Assembly: GCA_963716175.1 (NCBI GenBank) | Contig: OY970296.1 | Location: 768,001-832,000 of the forward strand | DNA: 64,000 nt | Reading direction: 5' to 3' | From: an uncultured Armatimonadetes bacterium | Lineage (GTDB): Bacteria > Armatimonadota > Hebobacteria > Hebobacterales > Hebobacteraceae | Part shown: piece after piece, positions 1-10,875 of the stretch | Layout of the letters: each line of letters begins with the position of its first letter | Numbering within the stretch: the stretch's first letter is position 1 | Notes under the pieces: generated by a model | Told to the model about the DNA's origin: nothing | Databases searched by the model: none | What the model saw: only the letters and a program-made list of their open reading frames with translations | Program-made: the position numbers and the translations under genes

Positions 1-458
1 ACCACCACGTGTTCGCCGGCGGCCGCTAGGAACCCGATCGGCCGCTCGCTCGTGCCGCTCTTCTCCTCCACCACCGCTTCCCGGTAGACACCCCCGTGAA
101 CCACCACCGTATCGCCCGGTTCAACCCGCTGCGCGGCCTCACTGATGGTGCGCAATTGCAGGCCTTCGCCAATCCCGGGCAGTCGCTGCTGAGAGACATG
201 CCAGGTGCGGCCTTGCGCCCCCTCGCACAGCGCAACGCCCCACACGCATAGAAACACCCCGGTCAGCGCCAGGCAGGGAACGGCCGAGAGGAGGAAAGTT
301 CGCATCAAGAGTGCTCCTGTGTCTGCCAGCCCCTGCAGGATCGGCGCGGCACGCCGCCCGCAGGTGTCAAGGACAGCGACGGTCCGACGCAGAACACATC
401 ACAACTTCCGGGCGAGTCGGCCAAGGTCCTGCGCGGAGTCTCGAGAGGAGCGCAAGCC

Positions 459-705
459 ATTGCCGGAACGAACGGTCGTCGTGGGTGCGGGCGGCATCTC
501 CAGCGCCTGGTTCCCGCTTCTGGTTGAAGAGGGAGTTCAGGTCGCGGTTGTAGTGGATCTGAGGATCGAGGCCGCCCAACAGAAGATCAGGCGGTATCAG
601 CCCAATGCTGAGGCCTCGACCAATCTGGCGGCCACCCTGGCGCGGGCGGGGCCGGACTTCGTAGTGGACTCGACCATCTCCGAGGCGCACTGCGCGGTCA
701 CCCGT
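459..705 (+). pseudogene. N-terminal fragment of a Gfo/Idh/MocA oxidoreductase
   Basis: Rossmann-type VVVGAGGIS...VAVVVDL...PDFVVDST..EAH, then similarity is lost. Confidence 0.6.
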
Positions 706-938
706 AGCGGTTATCTCTCCGTAGAACGGCCGCAGTCTTGCTCGGGGGGCGTACGACAGCGTGCGCGGGCAGGTGCAGGAATGGAAGGCTGGACACAGGG
801 GGGCCAGCGAGGTGTTCATCCCCCTGCGCTTCGAGCCGGCAGAAGCTTTCCAGTTTGGCTGGGGCGAGGAGACGCTGATTCTCGGGGGGGAGGACCACGC
901 AGGTCAGCATCGCCCATTTCCGGCTCTGCCATAGTCGG

Positions 939-1250
939 TTGCCGATCTGCCTGGCGTATGCGCGGGAAAGCCTGGAGCCGGTGATGGATGCCCACAGGCA
1001 GGCCTTTGCGTTCCTCGGGGGCGTGTGCCGTCGCGGCCTCTACGACAGCATGAGGACGGTGGTGAGGAAGATCCTGCGGGGAAAGGAGCGGACCTTCTAC
1101 CCCAGCTTCCTGGCGTTGGCGGCGCACTACCTGTGTGAGCCGGTCGCCTGCACTCCCTCCCGCCGAGCACCTCCCAGAGCATCCCACGATCCGCCACCTT
1201 CCGCTCGCGGACCGCAGCCGCTACGACTGGCTGCTGGAAGGGGGCGGCCA
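939..1250 (+). pseudogene. istA: IS21-family transposase IstA remnant, internally deleted
   Basis: AYARESLEPVMDAHRQAFAFLGGVCRRGLYDSMRTVV...LAAHYLCEPVACTP is an IstA core segment; followed by a C-terminal-like ADRSRYDWLL. Confidence 0.75.
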
Positions 1251-1390
1251 TGCTGCGTGAGGACATCCTCGCCCGCATGGCAGAGCTGAAGCTCAAGGGG
1301 ATGCTGGCGGCCTACGATGAGATCGTCTCCCCGGGTCTCAGGAAAGGCACCACCCCGGAGAAGATCCTCCACGAGCTGCTCCTGGCCTAG
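1249..1390 (+). pseudogene. istB: IS21-family helper ATPase IstB, N-terminal remnant
   Basis: MLREDILARMAELKLKGMLAAYDEI...LHELL then a stop, directly after the istA remnant. Confidence 0.7.
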
Positions 1391-1529
1391 GCGGTAGCGG
1401 GAGTCGGGGGGTAACCTGATGCCGGCTTCACGGGCGGTTGACAGCATCAGGGGTCATCGCGTCTGGGCTTGGGCTTCGTAGCCCGCCGGCCGTGTGGTGG
1501 GTGATGCATAGGCGCTCTCCTCTGGACCG

Positions 1530-1560
1530 TTACATACGGGAGCCGGCTGGAGAGTGTCGG
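1530..1560 (-). promoter_or_regulatory. Bipartite motif copy 1 (CCGACAC-N14-CCGTATGTAA), putative alternative-sigma promoter
   Basis: Same boxes and 14-nt spacer ending CTC as at 4012, 54852 and 58582; followed by an AGGAG RBS and a decayed small ORF. Confidence 0.6.
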
Positions 1561-1734
1561 ATGGAGACGGCGGTCGTGCGCACCACTCACAGGCGGCAGC
1601 GAGGCAACGTGATCGCACAGAGGTGATGGTCCGGCACGATGAGCACAAAAGGTCCCCGAACCGCTGGTGACCGCAGAGGAGTCAGCATGAACCAGCACGA
1701 GAGGCGCGGCCGCAGAAATCCCACGCGCGGCCCC

Positions 1735-3534
1735 TCAGGGGTTGATGAGCGCGAACAGCTTCGCAGCCAGGCCGGGGTCGAGCTTCTGCAGGATGCGATA
1801 CTGCTCCAGGGCAGCGTCGCGGTGACCGAGCTTGAGGTAGGCGACCCCGAGGTTGCAATGCGCGTCCGCGTAGTCGGACTTGAGGCGGACGGCCTGCTTG
1901 AGGGCCTCCACCGCTTCTTGCCAGCGGCCCAGGCTGCCATAGGCGAGCCCCAGGCCGTAGTGCGCCTCCGCGTAGTCGGGCTTGAGGCGGATGGCCTGCT
2001 TGAAGGCCTCTAGCGCCTCTTCCCGGCGGCCCAGATGGTCATAGGCGACCCCCAGGTCGTAGTACGCCTCCGCGTAGTCGGGCTTGACGCGGATGGCCTC
2101 CTTGTAGGCCTCCAGCTCCTCTTGCGAGCGGCCCAGACGGGCATAGACAAGCCCGAGGAGGTAGTACACCTCCGCGTAGTCCGGCTTGACGCGAATGGCC
2201 TGCTTGTAGGCATCCACCGCCTCTTGCCAGCGGCCCAGCTGGCCATAGGCGAACCCGAAGTTACGGTGTACCCTCGCTTCGTCGCGCTTGAGGTTGATGG
2301 CCTGCTGGTAGGCCTCCAGCTCCTCTTTCCGGAGCCCCAGGCGGGCATAGGCGATGCCGAGGTTGCAGCGCGCCTCAACGTAGTCGGGCCTGACGCGGAT
2401 GGCTTGCTTGTAGGCCTCTGCCGCCTCTTGCCAGCGCCCCAGATCGCCATAGGCGACCCCGAGGTCGTAGTACGCCTCCGCGTAATCGGGCTTGAGGCGG
2501 ATGGCCTGCTGGTAGGCCTCCAGCTCCTCTTGCCAGTGACCCAGATCGTCATAGGCGAGCCCGAGGAGCCAGTACGCCCTCGCGTCGTCGGGCTTGAGGC
2601 GAACCGCCTCCTTGATGGCGGCGACTGCCTCCTCGTAGCGGCCCAGCGTGCCGTAGCTCCAGCCCAGGCAGCAGTGAGCCTGGTAGAGGCTGGGGTCCAG
2701 CGCCAGTGCGGCCCGCAGGTGCTCCAGCGCCTCCTGATCGCGCCGCTTGAGGTGAGCGTCCATTGCCTTGAGCCATAGGTAGTAAGCGCTATCTCCAGCG
2801 GGAGAAGGAGGGCGCTCCCGCAGCCAGTCCTCCAGGTCCGCGGGCTGCGCGGCAGGGGCTAGCGGAGTTAGCCTCCCCGGCTGGGCGAGCAGCGGCTTGG
2901 CGGCGTTGATGGGGATGGCGAAGTTCAAGGCCTGCCCGTCGGTGAGCACCGCGGCCGCCACGGCCACGACGCGCCCCGAAAGGTCGAAGACAGGGCCTCC
3001 CGAGGAGCCGGAGGAGAGGAGGATGGTGACCTGCACCACGGAGCCCGAGGGCAGCTCCCGCATCGCGCTCACGAGTCCATCGGCGACGGTATTCCCCAGG
3101 CCCTCGGGAGCGGTGATGGCCACCACTCGTTGGCCTGGGGCAAGCGTGGACGAGTCACCCAGGGGGACGGTAGGGAGGTCGTTACCTGTCACCTTCAGCA
3201 GCGCCAGGCCCCGGACCGGGTCCGCGGCCAGCGTGCCCTCAACGGGCAGGAAGGCCCCGTCCTCCATCCGCAACAGGGCCGAGGCCGCGCCAGAGAGCAC
3301 ATGGTGGCAGGTGAGGGCCACCCCGTCAGGGAGGACGAGGAAGGCCGTGCCCCGGGAGAGGGTCTCACCCTTGCTGTCGAAGGTGACCAGCACCCCCACC
3401 GCCGGCCGCGCCCGCCGCGCCAGGGCCGCGAGGTCCGGGGCCGCCGTTCCAGAGTCCTCCTGACCCCCATGGCAGGCCGGCGCCATCGCGGCCGCCAGCG
3501 CCCACACCAGCACCACCCGCCCGATGCGTGCCAT
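1735..3534 (-). CDS. Secreted trypsin-like peptidase domain plus about 10 TPR repeats
   Basis: Signal peptide, TCHHV and GSSGGP motifs, 34-aa repeats (PDYAEAYYDLGVAY..LGR..EA.EAYKQAIRLK); start taken at MARIG. Confidence 0.9.
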   Translation of the reverse strand: MARIGRVVLVWALAAAMAPACHGGQEDSGTAAPDLAALARRARPAVGVLVTFDSKGETLSRGTAFLVLPDGVALTCHHVLSGAASALLRMEDGAFLPVEGTLAADPVRGLALLKVTGNDLPTVPLGDSSTLAPGQRVVAITAPEGLGNTVADGLVSAMRELPSGSVVQVTILLSSGSSGGPVFDLSGRVVAVAAAVLTDGQALNFAIPINAAKPLLAQPGRLTPLAPAAQPADLEDWLRERPPSPAGDSAYYLWLKAMDAHLKRRDQEALEHLRAALALDPSLYQAHCCLGWSYGTLGRYEEAVAAIKEAVRLKPDDARAYWLLGLAYDDLGHWQEELEAYQQAIRLKPDYAEAYYDLGVAYGDLGRWQEAAEAYKQAIRVRPDYVEARCNLGIAYARLGLRKEELEAYQQAINLKRDEARVHRNFGFAYGQLGRWQEAVDAYKQAIRVKPDYAEVYYLLGLVYARLGRSQEELEAYKEAIRVKPDYAEAYYDLGVAYDHLGRREEALEAFKQAIRLKPDYAEAHYGLGLAYGSLGRWQEAVEALKQAVRLKSDYADAHCNLGVAYLKLGHRDAALEQYRILQKLDPGLAAKLFALINP

Positions 3535-3550
3535 CGTCCACCCCCTCTCG

Positions 3551-3847
3551 CTAGAGCGTTTCCTGCCTGTCAGGCTCGGCTCGCGCGCGGGGAATCCCTT
3601 GCAGGCTCTGATCCAGCGCACGGAAGGTCGGACTCTGCCGGTTAAGTCCGAACCTTGGACCGACCTCGCCAACCTCCAGACACTCGTCGCCCCACTGGAA
3701 GATGTACACTCTCATCTTACCTGCGGGCAGGACTGGTGGACGGTGTGGTGCGGGCAGCACCTCCACAGCTATGGCCTCCGGAAGGATGGTGACGCCCGCC
3801 AGATCCGCAACCCGGATGAGGTTCGCAACCAGTGTCTTTACATCCAT
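3551..3847 (-). pseudogene. Truncated hypothetical protein, GIY-YIG-like N-terminus
   Basis: MRVYIFQWGDECLEVGEVG resembles the GIY-YIG two-strand motif; the sequence degenerates afterwards. Confidence 0.35.
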
Positions 3848-4011
3848 GCGATGGCCCGATAGGATGCCGGTCATTTTGGCTTCTGGCGACATTGTAGCAA
3901 GGCTGTAACTGCCTGGCAAACGCAGACCGGCCCCACGCACATCCCGCCGCGCGGCCGGGGTCATCGTGTCTGGGTCCAGTAGGTGACGCACGGGTGCTCT
4001 CCTCCGGGCCG

Positions 4012-4042
4012 TTACATACGGGAGGGAGCCCCAGAACGTCGG
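4012..4042 (-). promoter_or_regulatory. Bipartite motif copy 2 (CCGACGT-N14-CCGTATGTAA)
   Basis: Conserved with 1530-1560, including the downstream RBS and the decayed MRHLLDPDTMTP ORF. Confidence 0.6.
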
Positions 4043-4277
4043 CGTCCTACTCGGGGTGATGGCGCATCCCCGCGAGCGTGCGATGCTCGCGGCGCAGGGC
4101 CTACAGGAGCGAATTCCAGTCAGGCATACGCCAGACGAACGGGCTACGGAATCGAAGCCACCAGTCGCCTTGACGAAGCCCGCGTTGCTGGATATGATAC
4201 GCGAGGAGGACGCGCGACCCTACTGGACTTCAGACACAACTGGGAAAGGGGTTAGCAACCCAAAGGGGATCACCACT

Positions 4278-4466
4278 ATGAAGACCGCTCGGAAGATCGG
4301 AATGTGGGTTGCCGGTCTCATGTTCGCGTTTAGACTCTTAGCGATGATCGCTGGGGCATCGCGTGTGCCTGTGCCTGCGGCACCACTGTGTTATGTGCTC
4401 TTCCTCGCGTCCCTCCTCGTGTATCTCGTTGGCGGGAGACGGGAGACAGCCAACAAGAAGCCTTAG
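4278..4466 (+). CDS. Small two-TM membrane protein
   Basis: AGGGG RBS then MKTARK; two hydrophobic helices. Confidence 0.5.
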   Translation: MKTARKIGMWVAGLMFAFRLLAMIAGASRVPVPAAPLCYVLFLASLLVYLVGGRRETANKKP

Positions 4467-4572
4467 ATCACAGACCAAGAGTCTGGTATGGCGCGGCCCG
4501 CGTGTGTCTTCGGCCACACACGTTTCGATACTGCAAGGGGGAGATCGCTACAGTGAACAATCGGACTGGTCC

Positions 4573-5032
4573 GATGAAGGCGAGGAGGTCTTGCCGGACT
4601 GGGGTTCTATTCCTGGTCGGCGCAGGCATCCTCTCTGGTGCGCTTGGCCTTCTCTACGTCTCGACGATTGACCAGATGACAGCGATGGACGCCGTGCGGG
4701 CGCCTACGTATAGCCAATACTACGCCAGACATCCCAATGAGTTTGCACGAAGGTATCTTGAAGACGAGAAGTTTCGCGAGCAGCAACGTGCCACTGTAGC
4801 TGCAATGCAGATGCTTGCTTCACAGACAGAACGACACTGGAACCAGAGTTCCGCGAGGAACGTACTCCTCACGATCATAAGCTGGGTGGGGACGTTTCGG
4901 ACCCCCAGCTCCATCTGGATGCCGCAGCACTTTCTCCCGGGAGTGATCGAGGTGGGGTTCTTCGTGCTGCTGGGCCTGTCTCTGATCTGGCTTAGCCGGT
5001 CAGCACGAAGCCGGAATCCCAAGCCCGAGTGA
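4573..5032 (+). CDS. Hypothetical membrane protein
   Basis: N- and C-terminal hydrophobic segments; start uncertain (GTG 4553 or ATG 4573). Confidence 0.55.
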
Positions 5033-5326
5033 ACGGCTCAGCATGCCGGTCGATAGCCAGCACCTGCTAGCGCGATGTCCCGTTGCGCGTCTTCGGCGAC
5101 GCCCGCGTTGTGAGCAGTTCGAAAGAATGGTGGCACGGCGCCGAGACGGCGTAATGCCAACAGGCGATGAGGAGGCTGTGGCTGTTGTGCCCGGACGAGG
5201 TCAACCCGTGTGGCCGGTGTGCCCCGTCACTCGTCCGCTCTGCGCGGGTCAACCGGCGCTGAGCTGTTTCCTGGTGTCAGCGCCTGTCCTCGGTCCTCGC
5301 GACTGCGGCCTCGGCAGGCGCCTACT

Positions 5327-6748
5327 TCACTCTGCGGCCCCCTTGCTCCGCAGAAGACTCTCGACGGCCTGATAGTTCCCCTCGCGGGCGACGCGCAATG
5401 GGGTGACGCCCGCAGAAACGATAACGTTACCTGGGGCCTTCGTCTGCCCCTCTTGTTTCGCCCTGGGGACCAGCAGATCGCCGGTAGTTTGGGCGTGTAT
5501 GTTGGCTCCGCCTGCGATCAGCAGTTCAGCCAGGTCTGCAGCTGCTGCGGCCGCTGCCCAGTGGAGAGGTGTGATCCCGCTCTCCACTGCGGCGTTAGCG
5601 TCGGCACCGCTCGCGAGGAGCAGCTCGAGTACCCCGGGACTTCCCTTCTGCGTCGCCCAGTGTAGCGGCGGGTAACCCACGGGCGGGCCAGACGGCTTCC
5701 CACATCCGTCGTTACGGAGATTCACGTCGGCTCCCGCGGCAATCAGGCGCTCTGCCAGATCCCGATGGCCGGTGCCAGCGGCCGCCATCAGACTGGTCAT
5801 GCCACTCGTGTTCATGGCGTTTGCCATCGCTGGCCAGGACCGCAGGAGATCCTCCACTGTGGCTGCATCCCCTAGCAGAACTGCGTTGACCATGCCAGTC
5901 AACTGCTCGTCTCGTGGCATGGTCGCCATGCCTCGCGTCTCATCCGCCCTAACGGATGCCTTCACCGCGCCGCCCCAGTCCACGGTTGCGTAAGTGATCC
6001 CGCACCTCGGACAGGTGTACTTTCGCACCGTGCACGGCTTTCGGTGGACGCTGGGCGCCGCTGGGAACCGGCGCATATCGCCGGCCAAGGTCCCTGCTCG
6101 CAGTGAGGACAGCACCGCCTCAGCATGTGTCTCGGGCGTTCTGAAGATCACATCGCCCGATAGCCAGGTGTCACACGCTTCGCAATATGGCTGGCGTGCA
6201 CGCGGGGCAGCGGCACAAACGCCACCGGCAAAGGCCCCCACGATCACCTCCACTGCCAGCAAGATCCAGGCCAAGGGTCCAGGGTCCCAAACCTCATGCA
6301 TGAGGAGGGGCATGAGGACCTGCCAGGAACCGAGGTAGGACTTGAGGTCAGTGTGGCTTAGGAGTAGAAAGGAACTCACCATGAACACGATGCTAGCGCT
6401 GCCACCGACGCCACCTATTGCTAGCGCCACCGTTGCGTTTCTGCAACGGCCCTTCTTGACGCCGTCTGCTACCAACTCACTGACGATGGCACCCATGATC
6501 ACGGGGGTCAGAATCAACCACAAGAAGAAGCCGAAGATAATCGCCCCACCCGTAAGGATGAAGATGTTGCCTAGCTCCAGGACAGAGCCGAGGGCGAAAC
6601 GGGTGACATGTCCCAGCATGAAGCCAACAAGACCTGCGAGACACGCGCCGGCAAGCGCTAGTAGTGTCATCAGCCAGATCGCGTGGGGCGGACACTTCCC
6701 ACTCGGCTTGTACTCTAACCTCGGTCTTACAGGCATCTCAGCACTCAT
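5327..6748 (-). CDS. Membrane protein with Zn-ribbon Cys pairs and C-terminal ankyrin repeats
   Basis: About 5 TM helices, CEAC and CPRC, ankyrin motifs GMTSLMAAA, GYPPLHWA, GITPLHWA. Confidence 0.85.
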   Translation of the reverse strand: MSAEMPVRPRLEYKPSGKCPPHAIWLMTLLALAGACLAGLVGFMLGHVTRFALGSVLELGNIFILTGGAIIFGFFLWLILTPVIMGAIVSELVADGVKKGRCRNATVALAIGGVGGSASIVFMVSSFLLLSHTDLKSYLGSWQVLMPLLMHEVWDPGPLAWILLAVEVIVGAFAGGVCAAAPRARQPYCEACDTWLSGDVIFRTPETHAEAVLSSLRAGTLAGDMRRFPAAPSVHRKPCTVRKYTCPRCGITYATVDWGGAVKASVRADETRGMATMPRDEQLTGMVNAVLLGDAATVEDLLRSWPAMANAMNTSGMTSLMAAAGTGHRDLAERLIAAGADVNLRNDGCGKPSGPPVGYPPLHWATQKGSPGVLELLLASGADANAAVESGITPLHWAAAAAAADLAELLIAGGANIHAQTTGDLLVPRAKQEGQTKAPGNVIVSAGVTPLRVAREGNYQAVESLLRSKGAAE

Positions 6749-7682
6749 GGCTTGCCCCCAATGCGTGGTGGTCGAGTGTGTACGGGGCCGCTGGAGACGG
6801 TCAGCGTTAGTGGGAGCTAATGGGGTGTCGAGCTGTCTATCGCCGTCGTTTCTCTCTCTGTATCTTTGCAGTATCCCCTCGGTCCGCGGCAGCACTCCCG
6901 ACGTGCGGTCAGGCTTCTTTGCGCTACCGCGATCTCCTGCCTAGGGCCTCACCAGGCATCGTCCCGGGTAGCGCCGGGAGGCCCCTGCAGTAGGGTTCCT
7001 GCCGCGGTTGCTTACGCGAGGAGTTTCGAAACTGTCGGAGTCCTACTCCATACGTGGTTTTCGAACCGCTCAAACGGGCATGCGAAAAAGCAAGGAAATT
7101 GCTGCATTTCTCTACATGTGGACGAGGTAGGTCGAGTCCACATGTTTCAGAGAAGGAGAGAGCGGAAGGGGGATTTCAGGGGGGATTTCGTGCCCAAACG
7201 GGTGCCGCTCGTCCACATGTTTCGGGCGCGCAGAAACGCCGAAAAGCTAGGGAATCATACCACAAGAACCGCCCCTTGCAGAGGCGGCCGTTGACCGGAG
7301 AGAGACAGTTCGAAACCGACAGCATGGTGGAGGAAAGGTTACTCAGGATCGAACTCTCTCCAGATGTGGACGAGGTATGGGGTTTCGATCCTGGGAACGT
7401 TTGCCTACGATATGCTGATCTCGAAACGCACTCCCTCGTCTCATGCCTGACGTCATCCACCGCGGCGAGCAGTGGAGGAAACTGACCTGCCATCGAAACT
7501 GCGAAAACGTGGATGGGGTCCGGCGTTTCGATGACAGGACGTTTTCCTAGAGGAAGGTGGAGCCACGAACAGACGCTCTCCCAGTGCGGACGAGGACGGG
7601 TAGTTTGCGCTGATGATGGGCGCAGAGCAGGCACGCGCGGCAGCGAGCATGACGCACAGCACACGCATCGCGTACAGCTCCG

Positions 7683-9116
7683 CTAGCGTGCCCTCTGCAG
7701 CACCAAGACCGCGTCGCTGTCGCCGGCTACGTTGTGCTCGGGCGGCGTGAGCTGCCGCGAGCCGGGGTCGGCGAAGGGGGATCCTTCAACGCTCGTGTAG
7801 GCTCCGCTCGTCGGGTCGAACCAGCGTGCCTGCACGGGGCCCTTGAGCTTGCGCAGGTCCACCGTCACCGTCCGCGCGGTCGGGACATAGCAGACGGCCA
7901 GGCTGCCGTCCGGGATCCAGGCACAGATCGCGTACCCAGCACTGCCGGCCTCGCCGAGACCGCCGGTCAGGACCTCGTGCTCCATATCCGGCACCAGGCA
8001 GAACCAGTCGATGGACCGGAACAGACGCCCGAAGTGCGCTATATGCTGGGCCCCCGGCGAATCCAGCCACCTTCGCCACACGTCGGGCTGTACGGTCCAC
8101 GCCGCCGAGCCGTAGAGATGCCCGCACGCGCCCGAAAGCAGCGCCCAGTAGGCCTGGCGCCGCACCCGCAGCGGGGTTCCCGGGCGCTTGTCGTTGGCCT
8201 CTCCCTCGTACCCGCTCTCGCCCAAGAAGCACGGCTTCGTCGGCTCCTTGCGGTAGTCGTCGAGCACGAAGCCGTAGGGTTCGGTGTAGCCGTAGGACAT
8301 GTTGATGTCCAGCCAGGAGGCGTTGTGGAAGAAGATGCTCCCGTTCTTCGCCCCCGCGTGGTAGGTCTTGAGGTGCGCCAGCGCTGTCTCTTCGAGCCCC
8401 CGCGCCATCGCCTCCACGTGCTCAGTGACATCGCCCGGGTCCCGGTCCCCTCCGAGCACCCAGAACACGTTCGGGAAGCTCTTGTAGCGGTTCCCGAGGT
8501 AGCGGCCGTACAGGTGACACTTCTCGACCCCGTTCGACAGGTACTGCTCGTGCCACATCCCCTGCTTGGCACCGGACGCGGCCGGGTGTTCGCCGGCAGA
8601 CCCCAGGTCGGCGGCAACGAGCATGACCAGCATTCCCCGCTCGCCGGCCGTGCGGACGACCCAGTCGAGATGCGCGAAGTAGGCCTCGTCCGGAGTCGCG
8701 AAGTCGCCTGGCGTGCGGAACGGCCCGTGCCCATATCGGTTCTTCTCAGTGAGATAGGGCGACCACTCGCTGTACGGCAGCACGTCGACGAGGATCGCGT
8801 TGAACCCCTTCGCGCGGCGGTCGTCCAGAAGCTCCGCTGCTTCCTCTCGCGTGAGCTGCCACGCGAGTTCCCACGGGCTGTCCCCATTGATGAGGAACGG
8901 CCGACCCTTTGCGTCCACCAGGTACCGCTTGTTGTCGCTGACCCGGAGCGGAAAGGCCGGACGTGTCTCCCTCGCCGATACGGTTGCCTGTGACATGCGC
9001 GGGGCTCTCCTTTCATCCGCGGGCCGGGTGCTCGCGTGGCTGGCACTTGTGAGGCACACGGTCGCTACCAGCAACGGCAGCAGGTGTCGTGTCGCCAGAA
9101 TTGGTCTTGCGTTCAC
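7683..9116 (-). CDS. Secreted apiosidase-like (DUF4038) glycoside hydrolase with C-terminal collagen-binding-type domain
   Basis: RYLVDAKGRPFLINGDSPW, WVLGGD, LGESGYEG, VRRQAYW..LSGACGHLYG, ARWFDP; GTG start before a signal peptide. Confidence 0.88.
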   Translation of the reverse strand: MNARPILATRHLLPLLVATVCLTSASHASTRPADERRAPRMSQATVSARETRPAFPLRVSDNKRYLVDAKGRPFLINGDSPWELAWQLTREEAAELLDDRRAKGFNAILVDVLPYSEWSPYLTEKNRYGHGPFRTPGDFATPDEAYFAHLDWVVRTAGERGMLVMLVAADLGSAGEHPAASGAKQGMWHEQYLSNGVEKCHLYGRYLGNRYKSFPNVFWVLGGDRDPGDVTEHVEAMARGLEETALAHLKTYHAGAKNGSIFFHNASWLDINMSYGYTEPYGFVLDDYRKEPTKPCFLGESGYEGEANDKRPGTPLRVRRQAYWALLSGACGHLYGSAAWTVQPDVWRRWLDSPGAQHIAHFGRLFRSIDWFCLVPDMEHEVLTGGLGEAGSAGYAICAWIPDGSLAVCYVPTARTVTVDLRKLKGPVQARWFDPTSGAYTSVEGSPFADPGSRQLTPPEHNVAGDSDAVLVLQRAR

Positions 9117-9185
9117 TGCAGTCCCCCTGGAGGCAGGTAGCCTGTGGATTCCCTCCGGCCGAGACGGAGAGCGTCGCCTCACCCA

Positions 9186-10850
9186 CTAGCGCCTCGCCAG
9201 CAAGAGCGCCCAGTCTCCGCCTTCGGGCAGTTCCGGCGAGGTCCAGACGGGGCCGGTCACATCCGGGAGTCCCTGCCATCCGCCCGAGCGTGGGTTGTAG
9301 CGGCGGGCGCGATAGGTGCCAGGTGCGAGGTGCACGGTCGTACGGCCGCCCGAAGGGAGGTAGATAGCGTACTGCTTCCCCGGCTCCGCGAGGCACATCG
9401 CGCCGCCCTCCACCAGGTTGTCATGTGGCTGCGTCTTCCACCACTCGAACGCTCGGAAGAACCGTTCGATGCGCCGGTAGCCGACGAGCATCGTCATGGT
9501 GTCGTCGCCCCGGCCATTGATCCAGCCGCCGCCGCTATCGGGGCCCCAGCCGGTGCCGCGGTCGGCCCGCTCCCCCGTCGTCTGGTAGCCGCCGGCCATG
9601 TAGATGCCCCAGGCCAGGCGGCGCCGATTGTCCGCGCAGCGCCCCGGGGGGTCGGTGGGATCGTCTCCCCAGTGCGGGTAGTGGTCTTCGTAACCGTACT
9701 CCTCGTTCACCTGCGGCATGTGTCGACCCGTCTCCGCCTCGCGACGGCGATTCCCGAGCATGAACGCGTGTCCGCCCGACCCGTCCCAGGACTGGTACAT
9801 GGCGAAGTCGGCCCAGGGCGAGGTGCGGAAGTGGAAATCCTCGAACCCGTGCACCGACGTCAGATGGTCATACGGATCGCATCGCCTGAGGAAGGTTCCC
9901 ATCTTTTCGGCCCATGCATCGTCGCGGAAGGACTGGTACTCATTGCTCACATCCCACATCACGTTCGAGAACGCGGAGAAGCGGGCCGCCGCGTAGCGGT
10001 AGTAGCGCTGCTCGTCCTCGCCGCCAGCGCGCTCCTTCCCAAAGGGATAGGTGCCCCGTCGGGAGCCATCCACGTAGAAGACGACCGAGATCACCATGTC
10101 CCGGTCCCGCGCCGCGCGCAGCATCCGGTCCCACTTCTGCCAGTAGGCGACGTGAACGCGCGTCACATCGAAGTCCGGATCCTCCACACTCTCGGGATGG
10201 GCCGCCACCCATGGGTTCAGCAGGAAGCTGAACTCTCGGGTTGGGTAGACGTGCTCGAACCAGGCCCGGCCGTTCTCCACGCGGCCGCAGATGGCGACCC
10301 GCAGGCGGTTGACACCGAGCCGATGCAGCCGCTCGATGTTGCGCTCGATGTTGCGGTCGTCCCAGCCCATGAGGAAGTACGTCGTCGTGCCGTTGTAGAA
10401 GTAGTGCTCGCCCGTGCCCTCCCAGATGAAGTGCCAGGGATGCTCCTTGTCCACCCGCACCAGCCCGCGGCGCTTGCTCTTCGTCGCCCGGAAGGAGCCC
10501 GAGTGCGTCTGCGAGCCAGCCGGCCCGCGCCACGTGACGGAGTAGTGATAGGCGCCCGGGACAGTGGGGAGGAACCGAATGCGGTAGACGGAGCCATCGG
10601 CCGAGTCACAGAAGCCATCCACTTCCACCGGCTGGCCGCCCGTGGGCTGGAACTGGCCCCTCACCTCTGCATCGACGAATGGGTTCTGCGGGCGGGGCGA
10701 TGCGACAGCGAGCGTGACTTCGACGAATTCGTAGGTGGGAACGGACGCGGCGGACTGAGAGAAACTGACAGACACGGTCGGCGCTCCTCTGAGTGGCACA
10801 CATGACAGCAGACACATCGCGGACAGAGGCAGGCGCACAAGGCGGCTCAT
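9186..10850 (-). CDS. Secreted DUF5060 plus DUF4038 (apiosidase-like) protein
   Basis: NPFVD..V.G.F, VDGFCD..DG..YRIRF, WDVSNEY, NEEYGYE, CLAEPGKQYAIY. Confidence 0.88.
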   Translation of the reverse strand: MSRLVRLPLSAMCLLSCVPLRGAPTVSVSFSQSAASVPTYEFVEVTLAVASPRPQNPFVDAEVRGQFQPTGGQPVEVDGFCDSADGSVYRIRFLPTVPGAYHYSVTWRGPAGSQTHSGSFRATKSKRRGLVRVDKEHPWHFIWEGTGEHYFYNGTTTYFLMGWDDRNIERNIERLHRLGVNRLRVAICGRVENGRAWFEHVYPTREFSFLLNPWVAAHPESVEDPDFDVTRVHVAYWQKWDRMLRAARDRDMVISVVFYVDGSRRGTYPFGKERAGGEDEQRYYRYAAARFSAFSNVMWDVSNEYQSFRDDAWAEKMGTFLRRCDPYDHLTSVHGFEDFHFRTSPWADFAMYQSWDGSGGHAFMLGNRRREAETGRHMPQVNEEYGYEDHYPHWGDDPTDPPGRCADNRRRLAWGIYMAGGYQTTGERADRGTGWGPDSGGGWINGRGDDTMTMLVGYRRIERFFRAFEWWKTQPHDNLVEGGAMCLAEPGKQYAIYLPSGGRTTVHLAPGTYRARRYNPRSGGWQGLPDVTGPVWTSPELPEGGDWALLLARR

Positions 10851-10875
10851 GGCGTGGCCTCGCCTCCGGTGGCTA

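Noticed and set aside
1740-2700. 102-bp periodic DNA repeats as a CRISPR array
   Set aside because: They are in-frame TPR coding repeats with no unique spacers, and there are no cas genes
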